Source of the DNA: Blastocatellia bacterium
GTDB lineage: Bacteria; Acidobacteriota; Blastocatellia; UBA7656
DNA: 64,000 nt
Reading direction: 5' to 3'
Assembly: GCA_963765495.1 (NCBI GenBank)
Contig: CAVXWP010000008.1
Span: forward strand, 1-64,000
A program made the translations under genes and the position numbers. Below the pieces are notes generated by a model. It was not told the DNA's origin and searched no databases. It saw only the letters and a list, made by a program, of their open reading frames with translations. Of the stretch, positions 1 to 11,600 are shown piece after piece (the stretch's first letter is position 1; every line of letters begins with the position of its first letter).

Positions 1-2
1 TA

Positions 3-1127
3 GCAGAGCGGGTAGCAGACCGCCGCACCCTTGACTTGGTTGAGCGCTTCTTGAAATCGGGAGTGATGGAGAACTGCCTGTTCAAGCATACCGAGATCGG
101 TACGCCGCAGGGCGGGTTGTGCTCCCCACTTCTGGCGAACATCTACTTGCACCAGCTAGACCTCTACTGGTGGAACAAGTACGGAAGCCTTCACCGCAAA
201 GTCAAGGAGCGCCGCAGGAGAGAGCACATTGGCAACTGCGCGCTCATCCGATACGCCGACGACTGGCTGCTGTTGACCAACGGCGGCAAGCAAGAAGCGT
301 ATCGCCTGCGGGATGAGTTCCAGAACTTCCTTGCGGAAGAACTGAAACTCGAACTGTCGGTCGAGAAGACGCACGTGACGCACGTCAACGACGGCTTCGA
401 CTTTCTCGGCTTTCACGTCCGCCGCTACGTCAGCAAGGACGACCGACCCAAGTTATTGGTCACACCGAGCGACAAAACGCAGGCACGGTTGAAAGCCAAG
501 ATAAAGGAAATGACCGCCAGAAAGCGGTTCCTCGATCAGCCGCTGCTCAAGTTCAACGCGCTCAATGCGGTGCTGCGAGGCTGGATCAGCTACTACCGTC
601 ACTGTAACGCGAAGGAAGTTGCCAAAGACCTGGACTACTGGGTCAACGAGCGGCTTTTTCTCTGGTTACAAAAACGGCATCGACTCCCAGCGAGAAGGAT
701 CCTTGCCCTTTATAAGCAGCGCCAAAATGGTACGCGCGACAACTGGGGAATCCGCAGTGGGGAGCAGATGCTTTACCTCTATCGGATGAGTGACCAGCCG
801 ATCACCAAGTATCGGTCACGGAAGCTCGCCAATCCCTACATCACGGATGACTGGACGACAGAGCTTGAAACGGCAGAAGCACCGCTGCCCGAATATGTCT
901 GGGTCGGCAATGCCGAGAACAACGAGAAGTGGCGCGAAATCAAAGCTGAGGTGAAAGCAGAGCGCGGGGCGAAGTGTGAACTCTGTGGCAATCGGATGAA
1001 TCTCGACCTTCATCACCTGAAAGCCCGCCGTTATGGTGGGCAGGATGCCAAAGAGAATGCACAACTGCTTTGCGAGTCCTGCCATGTGCAAACGCCGACG
1101 TATGGAGACCATAGCCGGATGCAATGA
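3..1127 (+). CDS. ltrA: Group II intron reverse transcriptase/maturase with C-terminal HNH endonuclease (5' part off window)
   Basis: GTPQGGLCSPLLANIYLH, RYADD, GFDFLGF, maturase X (LRGWISYYR) and CELCG..LHH..CESCH HNH; frame stays open to the left edge. Confidence 0.95.
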   Translation, partial: AERVADRRTLDLVERFLKSGVMENCLFKHTEIGTPQGGLCSPLLANIYLHQLDLYWWNKYGSLHRKVKERRRREHIGNCALIRYADDWLLLTNGGKQEAYRLRDEFQNFLAEELKLELSVEKTHVTHVNDGFDFLGFHVRRYVSKDDRPKLLVTPSDKTQARLKAKIKEMTARKRFLDQPLLKFNALNAVLRGWISYYRHCNAKEVAKDLDYWVNERLFLWLQKRHRLPARRILALYKQRQNGTRDNWGIRSGEQMLYLYRMSDQPITKYRSRKLANPYITDDWTTELETAEAPLPEYVWVGNAENNEKWREIKAEVKAERGAKCELCGNRMNLDLHHLKARRYGGQDAKENAQLLCESCHVQTPTYGDHSRMQ

Positions 1128-1129
1128 GG

Positions 1130-1230
1130 GAAAGCCGTGTGAGATGGAAACTCTCACGCACGGTTTGGAGAGAGGAGTGGAGAAACACGTATGTTGCAAG
1201 ATATAAAAGTGCGCTCTGCTCCTACTCTAT
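1130..1230 (+). ncRNA. Group II intron A ribozyme domains V-VI
   Basis: GAAAGCCGTGTGAGATGGAAACTCTCACGCACGGTTTGG hairpin with AGC triad and GAAA loop; DVI ends in AY. Confidence 0.9.
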
Positions 1231-1895
1231 TCAGTCCGGTGCTGGCAAACCTGTTTCTACATTATGCGTTCGATGTCTGGATGAAGCGAACCTACCCACG
1301 GCTTCCCTGGTGCCGGTATGCAGATGACGGGCTTGTGCATTGCAGAAGCGAGCAGGAAGCGCAGGCTGTTAAAGCAGCGCTATCGGCAAGACTAAAGCAA
1401 TGTGGCCTGGAAATGCACCCGGACAAGACCAAGATAGTCTATTGCAAGGATGGCAGTCGAAAAGGGAAGTATCCGAACACGAAGTTTGACTTCCTGGGCT
1501 ACACCTTTCGACCACGAGTGGTGAAGAATCGCAAGAGCAACAGAATATTTGTGAGCTTCACGCCTGCGGTAAGCAAGGCGGCTGTCAAGGAGATGCAAGA
1601 AAAGACACGCAAGCTGAACTACCGAAATCGGACGGAACTGAGCTTGGAGGATATCTCGCGGCTGCACAATCCAGTCCTGAGAGGATGGATGGAGTATTAC
1701 GGGAGATACGCACCATCGGCGATGTATCCGGTCCTGAGGCACTTCAACAAGACGTTGGTGGCTTGGGCGATGAGGAAGTACAAACGACTGAAAGGGCACA
1801 AGAGGCGAGCAGGACTGTTTGTCGAAGCAATAGCAAAGAGACAGCCGGGACTGTTCGTACACTGGCGGCGAGGAATGACAGGAGGGTTTGCTTGA
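1231..1895 (+). CDS. ltrA: C-terminal half of a class D (RmInt1-like) group II intron RT/maturase, interrupted by intron A
   Basis: SPVLANLFLHYAFD, RYADDGLVHC, FDFLGYTF, NPVLRGWMEYYG, PGLFVHW; no endonuclease domain. Confidence 0.92.
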
Positions 1896-1897
1896 TA

Positions 1898-1972
1898 GGA
1901 GCGGTGTGAATCGAGAGGTTCACGCACCGTTCTGGGAGAGGCCGGGGGTGCAATTCCTCCGGCCTACTCACC
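1898..1972 (+). ncRNA. Group II intron B ribozyme domains V-VI
   Basis: DV hairpin with AGC triad and GAGA loop; DVI GGCCGG...CCGGCCTACTCACC. Confidence 0.9.
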
Positions 1973-2184
1973 ACAAGAGTCATTGGGTAAGGGATGTGAC
2001 CTATGATGAAGACCGCTCACAAGTGAGATGTGGAAGTATCCCAGAGGTAATGGCAGCATTAAGGAACACGGTAATAGGAATGATGAGGTGGGCAGGTGAA
2101 ACAAATATAGCAGCGGCGTGTGGACGTTTTGCTGCCCAGCCTTGGTCTGCTTTGGCTCTCATCGGCATTAAACCCGAAAACTGA
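1973..2184 (+). CDS. ISAs1-family transposase, C-terminal exon
   Basis: KSHWVRDVTYDEDRSQVRCGSIPEVMAALRN...NIAAA matches the ISAs1 HW-x-RDV-x-x-x-ED C-terminus. Confidence 0.88.
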
Positions 2185-2193
2185 ATAGCCCTG
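1973..2193 (+). mobile_element. ISAs1-family IS, right end
   Basis: Transposase stop followed by ATAGCCCTG (reverse complement CAGGGC, a typical ISAs1 terminus) ending at 2193. Confidence 0.75.
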
Positions 2194-2638
2194 TTCCAGT
2201 AATTCTTTCGTGCGTCGGATTTCAAGTGAGCGCTGGATTTCTGATCCTGGTGGTGATATAACCCAATGGTCAAACAGGTTGAACCAGCATGACCGTCTCA
2301 AGCCATCCGCAAAGCAGAAAGAATGATTTCTGTACCGGGGGGCGTAAGTGTCAAGGAAGCGTGAGTGGCACGAGGCGAAAGGCTCTGTGAGGCACCATGT
2401 AGCCGAGTTTTATCAAACTCTATCACTCTATACAAAGCTTGGTGTTCTTGCTTTGAGTTTATTGACTTGAGAAGAGGCGCATTCGAACTGCACGTGAATG
2501 GCCTGATCGAACAGGACTGCGTGATGGCAGATGACAAGCGCGACCGTGACAGGCTTCACGGAATCATTTTGGGAAGCAAATAAATTGATTGTCGCCGGAG
2601 AAATCCGATTCATCACTTTACATATTTAAGCTAATATC

Positions 2639-5600
2639 ATGATCTACCAAATCGCCAGACGACGGAAGTCGGTAAACCTAAACCCTGGTCTTTCAGCAAG
2701 AACTTTATCGCGAGCCGCTCTCTTAACTCTGCTTGCGGTGTCGATTTTTCTTTCAACCTACCTGATGCGGTCCTCGCTGGCAAGCGGGCCGGTCTCCGCG
2801 CCTTCGCCAACGAAAGCCGAGATTGCCGATCGCTATGGCAAGCTACCACTCAGCTTCGAAGGTAATGAAGGGCAAACCGACCCTGAGGTCAAGTTTATCT
2901 CGCACGGTCCCGGGTATGATTTGTTCCTCACCGCAACGGGCGCTGTGCTGACTTTGCGACAACCCCACTCGCAGGCCGATCAATTCGAGCCGCCGACACC
3001 GATCGGAGAGCGGACAAATAATCAGTTGCCTAACGTTTCCGTGCTTAAACTGAAAATGATCGGCGCAGCCCCGCAGGCGCACGCGCGGGGTGAGGAGCCG
3101 CTCCCGGGGAAGATCAATTACTTAATTGGCAATGATCCTCAGAAGTGGCATGTTAACATCCCGACCTACCGGAAGGTGTATTATACGGAGATATACCCAA
3201 AGATCGATCTGGTTTACTACGGGAATCGCACAGAACTGGAGTACGACTTTGTCGTTGCGCCGGGCGGCGATTTGCAAGCGATCAGGTTCCAGGTCGAAGA
3301 GACCGACCGGATGACGCTTGACGAAGCGGGCGATTTGCATCTGGGAGTCAAACAGAGCGAAGTCACTTTGCGCAAGCCGGTGATCTATCAGTTGACCGAT
3401 CAGGGTGATCGCCGTGAAGTGAAGGGCGATTACGTCATTAAAGGCAAAGAAGTCCGCTTCAAGACGGGGGCGTTTGACGCGCACAAGCCGCTCATCATTG
3501 ACCCGGTGCTCTCGTATTCCACGATGGTCGGAGGTGCCTCCGACGAATACGCCAACGGGATTGCCGTCGATTCATCGGGTAATGCCTACATTACTGGCAG
3601 CAACACGTCGGGCGGCTTCCCGACGACGCTCGGCGCGTTTCAAACCAACAGCTCATTCTACGGTAATGCCTTTGTAACCAAGCTCGACCCGACCGGGTCC
3701 AGTCTCGTCTACTCGACCTATCTCAATGGCAGCGGCTTCACAAGAGGAAACGCCCTCGCCGTGGACTCGTCGGGATATGCTTATGTCACCGGCAGAACAA
3801 ACGCGAGCGATTTCCCCACCCTAAACCCTTTCAGGAGCAGCACGACAAACTTCTACAAGAGCACCGACAGCGGGGGGCACTGGAACAGTCAGGTGATCGG
3901 GGCGCCGGACGGGGTGGTGAATGCTCTCGCCGTGGACCCGCTCGCATCCAACACCATGTATGCCGGAATGGCCCTGACCGGCGCGGGAGGCATATATAAA
4001 ACGACCGATGGCGGCAACACCTGGACCGCTCTCAACACCGGCTTGGCCAACGCCAATTGCGGAACAATCGTAATCAATCCGACGACGACGACGACGCTCT
4101 ACGCGACCCTGAGCGCGAATGGGTCATCATCAACCGGTCTCTATAAAAGCACCGACGGGGGGAGTAGCTGGGCGATACTCACAAACGGCTTGAGCGGGGT
4201 GAACTTAATCTCGCTGGCGATTGACCCATCATCACCGACCACCGTTTACGCGGGCGGGTCATTTGATGGCGTGTACAAGAGCACCAATGGAGGCGCGTCC
4301 TGGACGAAATACACGTCGGGTCTCACGTATGGAGGGCCTCGCGCGATTGTCGTCGACCCGGTGACTCCTCAAACGGTTTATGGATGCGCCGGCGGAGGCG
4401 GAGTCTTTAAGAGCACAAACGGCGGCAGCAGTTGGGCTCAGGTCAATACAGGGCTCACGACAACGTCGGTTCAGACGCTGAACATAGATCCTACCTCGAA
4501 AGTTTACGCCGGCACGTCTGGCGGCGGCGTCTTCAAGAGCACAAACGGCGGCGCCAGCTGGACTGCGGTTAACAACGGCATCACCGGCTACATTCAGGTT
4601 AGCTCACTTGCGATCAGTGCCTCCGCCTCATCGACGGTCTATTTGGGCATGGCAGATGGTAGGATCTACAAAACGGTCGATGCAGGAAATAATTGGACCA
4701 AGGTCTATGAGACGCTGACTCGGACCAACTTTTCGGCACTGGCGATCCGCCCCGGGTCATCGGCGACCGTTTATGCAGGAGCATACATCACTGGTGGCAT
4801 GCTCAATGATTATGAGGCGTTCGTCACCAAGCTGAAGACGGATGGCTCCGGTCTGATTTATTCAACTTACCTGGGCGGCAGCGGCGACGATTTTGCCAAC
4901 AGCATCGCGGTTGACTCGTCCGGCAATGCGCTGGTGGTTGGCCAAACCGCCTCGTCGAGCTTTCCCACGATCAATGCTTTCCAGTCCACGTTGTCCGGGG
5001 CAAACGATGCCTTCGTCACGAAGTTCAATACAACAGGCGATGCGCTGTTGTATTCGACTTTTCTGGGTGGCAGCGGCTCTTTAGACATCGCGTATGGTGT
5101 GGCTGCGGACTCGTCGGGCAATGCGTACGTCACGGGAACTACCACCTCGGCCAATTTCCCCACTCTCAACGCGTTTCAGCCGATCATCGGAGACACGTTT
5201 AACGGAGATGCCTTCGTGACAAAGCTGAGCAGCGGCGGGGCACTCACCTATTCCACTTTTCTTGGTGGCCCGGACGCGGACATTGGCTGGGGGATAGCGG
5301 TGAATTCGACAGGCAACGCCCATGTGACGGGTCAGGCAGGTTCCAACTTCCCTCAGGTCAATCCGATTCAGGCAACCAGTGTCGGCTATGACACCTTCGT
5401 CACTAAGCTGAACAACTCAGGCTCCGGCCTGATCTATTCGACGTATATCGGCGGGTCAGGCAATGAAGTCGGTCGTGGCATTGCCGTTGATTCGGCGGGC
5501 AACGCTTACGTGACCGGTTATACAAACTCGGCGGATTTCCCGGTTTTGCCCGGGGCTCTCAGAACCAAGAGCCCTTTTTTTCGGACGACGAATGGGGGCG

Positions 5601-8600
5601 GTGATTGGAACAACGACAACTACGGGTTGAAGGGTGACATCGTGACCACTCTCGCTTTGGATCCGGTCAATCCTTTAACTATCTATGCAGGAACGCGAAA
5701 CGGTGTTTACAAGAGCACGGATGACGGGCAAAGCTGGGGCACTATCAACACTGGGCTTGTACAGCCCAGTATCAATGTACTGGTAGTCAATCCTAAAACG
5801 CCATCAACAATTTACCTGGGTGTCAGATTCACCGATTTCAATAATAGCAGGGGTGTTTACAAAAGCACGAATGGGGGCAACACCTGGACCGCCGCAAACA
5901 CGGGTTTGAACCCTTTCGCTGTGTCTTCAATCGCTATTGATCCCGTGACACCTTCCAACCTGTATGTGGGCGGCGATGTCAGCGGCATCTATAAGAGCAC
6001 GGACAGCGGCGCTAGCTGGACACTCCAGGGTAGTCAGACGCTTTCGTTCATTAACTCGATAGTTGTTGATCCCGCGACGCCAACAACCGTCTATGCGGCC
6101 GGTATCTTTTCTAGCGGAGGCGTTTTCAAATCCACGAATGCTGGAGTAAGTTGGCAAAGGGTTACTAACGGATTGCCCGAGGGCTCCGTTTCCAGTTTGG
6201 CGATAGATCCGATAACCCCTACGATTCTTTACGCGAGCACAAATCAAGGTATATTCAAGACCATTAACGGCGCAGCCAGTTGGACGCTGCTTAACGCAGG
6301 CATGTCCGGTCTAATCATCATTGATCCGGTTACTCCAACCACGCTTTACTTATCCTCCAGCGAAGGCGTCTTCAAGAGCACCGATGGCGGTGTTAACTTT
6401 GCTCCGGCAAACAACGGGCTGAGGTACCTAAACGTCTGGTCATTGGTCATTAACCCGAAGACACCAACGAAAATCTATGTAGGGGTAAACGTGTCTCTGC
6501 TTGACGATGACGCCTTTGTAGTCAAGCTCAACCCTGCCGGGACCGCCCTGCTCTATTCGACGCTGCTCGGGGGCAGTCCTGCCTCTGGCGATTCACTTAA
6601 CATGAACGACGAGGGCAATGCCATTGCAGTGGATTCGGTGGGGAATGCTTACGTCGCCGGGCAAACCCGCTCGCCGGACTTTCCTGTTACCCCCAATGCT
6701 TATCAGCCCTTCAACCGCGGCTTCACCGACGCCTTTGTCTCGAAGCTGACGATGTCCTACATCATCAGTGGTCACGTGTATGAAGGAAACGATGCCCCGG
6801 TGAGCGGCGCAATCGTCATCCTGAGCGATGGCGTGTCTCTGAGTTCGGTCGTGACCGAGAGCGATGGCGCTTACCAGTTCGTGCGTTTGCGCGAGGGCGG
6901 GAACTTTACGGTCAGCGCCTCGAAACCTAACTTCACCATGACGCCCGCGTCGCAGAGCTTCAGCGACCTGCACAGCAACCAGACCGTCAACTTCATCGCT
7001 ACCCCCACGCAGACGCCTTTCTATAGCGTTAGTGGCCACGTCACCAATAATAGTGCGGCGCTCGCCGACGTAACCGTAACACTGAGCGGTTCACAGCAAG
7101 GTATCACGACGACTGACGGCAACGGCGCTTTCTCATTCACACTCGCAGGCGGCGGTAACTACACCCTGACGCCTTCGCTGCTGGGCTTCACATTCACACC
7201 GCCAGGTCGAACCTTCAACAACCTGAGCGCGAACCAGACTGCCGACTTCGCAGCAACCCGCCAGAACTTCATCGTGACCAACACCAACGATCATGGACCG
7301 GGAACGTTACGGCAGGCAATTATGGATGCGAACGCCACTGCGGGTCTGGATATGATCGTCTTTAACATTCCGGGCGCTGGAGTTCATACAATCGACCTTT
7401 TACTCGCGCTGCCGGATATCACCGACCCGGTAGTGATCGACGCGACCACGCAGCCCGGGTATGCGGGCGCACCCCTGGTCGAACTCAATGGGGCATCGAT
7501 AAACGCCGGTGTCGGTTTCCGCATCAGCGCCGGCGGCAGCACCATTCGCGGGTTCATCATAAATCGATTTAACTCAGGACTAGGAATCTATCTGAATGGC
7601 GGTAGTAGCAATGTGATTCAGGGGAACTATATCGGTCTTGATCAGGAGGGGATTCTGGGGCGAGGCAATCAAAATGGGATTGCGATCTACAACTCCACAA
7701 ACAACCTGATCGGCGGAACTACGCCTGAGGCGCGCAATATCATCTCCGGAAACGGGTTTGACGGGATTGAGGTGAACGGTTCGGGAAATCAGATCCAGGG
7801 GAATTTCATAGGAACAGATGTGCGTGGCAATGCGGCGGTGCCTAACGGGAGCACCGGCATCGAGATCATCAATTATTCCGGCGTTCCTCCGAGCACCAAT
7901 AATATTATTGGAGGAACAGTGCAAGGGGCGGGCAATCTTATTTCAGGAAACCCGCGAGGAATCACTTGCACCTCAGCCACTATGGTGCAAGGAAACCTTA
8001 TTGGCACGGACAAAAACGGCACGGCGGCCATCGGCAATGGCACAGGCATTTCGGCGAGCGGCCCGGACATCCTTATTGGCGGGACTCTTCCCGGCGCGCG
8101 CAACATCATTTCGGGCAACGACCTTGGTGTCCAGATCTCCGGAATGCAAAGTCGGGTCCAGGGTAATTTCATCGGGACCGACATCACGGGCACGGTCGCG
8201 CTCGGCAATACCGCTGGCGGTGTCGATGCCAGCGCTTACGCGTTAGTCGGCGGGACCACGCCTGAGGCGCGCAACATCATTTCGGCAAATGGCAGTTGGG
8301 GCAACGTCACGCTGGGCTTTAACGATGGTGGCGGCGAGATGGCCACAGTGCAGGGGAACTATATCGGCACCGATGTGACTGGCAAGATCGCTCTGGCCAA
8401 CCCGGGATCTGGTATCGCCGTCTTCTCGGACAATAACCTGATCGGCGGGACGACGCCCGGCTCTGGCAATGTGATCTCGGGCAACGGGGTGGGCATACAG
8501 ATAGGCGGCAGCACCTCGGCGACCCTCACAGGGAATCTGGTGCAGGGTAATCTTATCGGTCTTAATGCCCCAGGCGATGCGGCGCTGCCGAACCGGTTGG

Positions 8601-11600
8601 ACGGCGTGGCCCTTTCCAACGCTTCTAACAATAGTGTCGGAAGCGAAAGCACGGGGGGCAATACCATTGCTTTCAACGGCAGGAATGGGATCATTGTTTG
8701 GTCAGGCACAGGCAATCTGCTTCTCGGGAACTCCATCTTTTCCAATAGCGCCCTGGGAATCGATCTTGCCCCCCTGGGCGTGACGGCAAACGACCCGGGG
8801 GATGCAGACGCAGGTGCGAACGACTTGCAGAACTTCCCTGTGCTGACTTCCGCCAATGCTTCCGGCGCCAACACTACGATTCAAGGCACGCTCAACAGCA
8901 CACCCGGCCAGTCGTTCCGCATCGAGCTTTTCTCCAATGCCTCATGCAACGCAAGCGGCAACGGCGAGGGCCAGGTCTTTCTCGGTTTCACCAACGTCGC
9001 TACCGACGGCGCGGGCAACACGAGCTTCTCGCTACAGGTGCCGACGTCGTCGCTGGTCGGCCCTTCGATCACCGCCACCGCCACCAATCTTTCTACCAGC
9101 GCCACCTCGGAGTTCTCGCCCTGCTTCAACGCGAATCCGACCGCCGTCACCCTCGTTTCATTCAACGCGACTGCCTACGGCAAAGGCGTCTTCATCGAGT
9201 GGCGCACGGGCCTTGAGGTCAGTAATCTCGGGTTCCGCCTCTTCCGCGATCAGGGCGGCAAGCTCGAGTCGCTCACCCCACAACTCATCGCTGGCTCTGC
9301 CCTCAAGGCTGGCGCTGATCTGCAAAGCGGCGAAAGCTACGCATGGTGGGACGAGGCGTCCGACGAAGGAGCTACCTACTGGCTTGAAGATATTGACCTC
9401 GCGGAGCAGTCCACGTGGTGGGGGCCTTTCTATGCAAAGGCTGATCCCGGTGCGGCTCCTTCACGAGCAAAGGCTGTGGCGCTCGCATCTCTGGGCCAAT
9501 CGTCATCCGCCACTGAAGCGACGCGTCTGGTTGAACCGGTGCTGGCGGTCCCTCGTTCATCAGCGGCGCAACTGAGCGCACAGACTTCGCTGGCCGGGCT
9601 GACGGCACTGAAGATCAACATCAAGCGCGAGGGCTGGTACCGCATCAGCTTCTCTGAGATGGCGGCCTCGGGCTTCAACGCGGCGAGTGACTCCCGCCTG
9701 TGGCAACTGTTTGCCGAGGGCCAGGAGGTGCCGCTGCTAGTCACTACCTCCGGCAGCAAAGACAACGGCTCCGACTCTGCCTCGTCGATTGAGTTCTATG
9801 GCATCGGGCTTGATACGTCCACCACAGATACGCGCACCTACTGGCTGGTCTCTGGAAACCAGCCGGGCCGCCGCATCAAACTGACCGAGAGCAGCGGCTC
9901 ACCTGCAGCAGCGACGAGCTTTATGCAAACCGTCGAGCGGCACGACCGCACGATCTACTTCGCGGGGCTGCACAATGGCGAGACCGAGAACTTCTTCGGC
10001 GCGGTCGTCACTACCGAGTCGGTCGAGCAGGCCGTAGAGACGCGCCGCCTCGACATGTCCGCCTCCGAGCAAGTGACCATTGAGGCGCGCCTGCAAGGCG
10101 TGACTTTGTTGCCGCACCGCGTGAGCGTGCAACTTAACGATAGCCCACTCGGGGAGAGCGTTTTCAGCGGCCAGCAGCAGGGCGTGCTGCGCGTCGAAGT
10201 GGCCGCCTCAATGCTGCGCGAAGGAAGCAACAGCATCCGATTGACGTCCACAGGCGGTGCAGGCGATGTTAGCCTCGTTGATCGCATTCGCATCACCTAC
10301 CCGCACCGCTTCAGGGCCGATGATAACCAGTTGACGCTGACCGTCACTGACGGCCAGCGCGTTCAGATCGATGGCTTCACATCCGCAGCCATTCGCGCCT
10401 TCGACGTCACCAACGAGAAGTCGCCGCGCGAGATTGTCGGCCAGATCAGCGGCGGCAAGGGCGGCTACCAGATCAGCGTGGGTGCCACCGGCAGCGGCCC
10501 GCACCGATTGCTTGTAACGAGCGCAGAACGACTGAGCCACCCGGCTTCGTTGGCGATGAATTTGCCGTCCGCCTTGCGCACGCCGCGCCACGAAGCCGAC
10601 CTGCTGATCCTCACCCGCAGCGACCTTTTCGATGCGCTTCAGCCATTGCTGCGGCTCCGCGAGGCACAGGGGCTTAAGGTAGAGGTGGCTGACATCGAAG
10701 ATGTCTTCGACGAGTTCAGCTACGGCGAGCGCTCGCCGCAAGCGGTCAGGGAGATGCTGGCCTACGCACTTTCGCAGTGGGCACGGGCGCCGCGCTATTT
10801 GTTGCTGGTCGGCGACGCGTCTTACGATCCCCGTGATTACCTGGGCTATGGCAGCAACGATCTCGTGCCGACCAGGCTGATCGACACCAATTATCTGGAG
10901 ACTGCGAGTGACGACTGGCTGGCCGACTTCGACGGCGATGGTATAAGCGATATCGCCGTCGGGCGGTTGCCCGTGCGGACGTCGGAGGAGCTTACCGCCG
11001 TCGTAGCGAAGTTGCTGCGCTACGAGCAGACGGGAACACCGGCGGCGGCGCTGCTGGTGTCGGACCGCAACGAAGAGTATGACTTCGAGGCAGCAAGCGT
11101 CAACTTGCGAGGACTGCTCAGCGGTCTGCGCATTGGTGAGTTGCGGCGCGGGCAATTGGAACCGGAGGCGGCCAGGAAAGCGCTTTACACAGCCTTGAGT
11201 AGCGGACAGCGGCTGGTGAATTATATCGGCCACGGCTCGGCCAGTGTGTGGCGTGGCAATCTGCTGACGGACAAAGATGCACTGGCGTTAAACAATCCGC
11301 ACCTGCCGGTGTTTGTGATGATGACGTGTTTGAACGGCTACTTCGCCGAACCGGGGTTCGACTCTCTGGCCGAGGCACTGGTGAAAGCCCCAGACGGTGG
11401 CGCCATTGCGGCGTGGGCGTCGACGGGGGTGACGCTGCCGGAGACGCAGGCGGCCATCGACCAGGCGTTCTTCCGCTTGCTGCTGCAGAGTGGGCTGCGA
11501 AGCGCACGAGGGCTGACGCTGGGCGAGGCGGCGCGGCAAGCAAAGGCGGCGACAGGAGACATGAACGTGCGGCGAACGTGGGTGCTGCTGGGTGATCCTT

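Larger units (their letters stand above)
1..1230 (+). mobile_element. Group II intron A (3' portion), inserted in the ORF of intron B
   Basis: IEP followed by domain V and domain VI ending CCTACTCTAT at 1230; the next bases TC AGT CCG resume the (I)SPVLAN motif of a second RT. Confidence 0.9.
1231..1972 (+). mobile_element. Group II intron B (class D, 3' portion), inserted in an ISAs1 transposase
   Basis: DV GGAGCGGTGTGAATCGAGAGGTTCACGCACCGTTC and DVI ending CCTACTCACC (RmInt1-like, from memory); downstream AC AAG AGT CAT TGG restores (N)KSHW. Confidence 0.9.

Noticed and set aside
1191-1230. ORF-track N-terminus MLQDIKVRSAPTL of the second RT
   Set aside because: It is read through domain VI of intron A and is not a real start
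36-1895. Tandem RT genes as a retron, DGR or defence RT system
   Set aside because: Each RT is followed by group II intron domains V-VI and has a maturase domain
2194-2616. Short ORFs on both strands after ISAs1
   Set aside because: No recognisable motif or RBS; probably decayed sequence
10208-11233. 341-aa antisense ORF, and similar ones opposite clpX, lon and hpnD
   Set aside because: Shadow ORFs from GC-rich codon bias opposite well-supported genes
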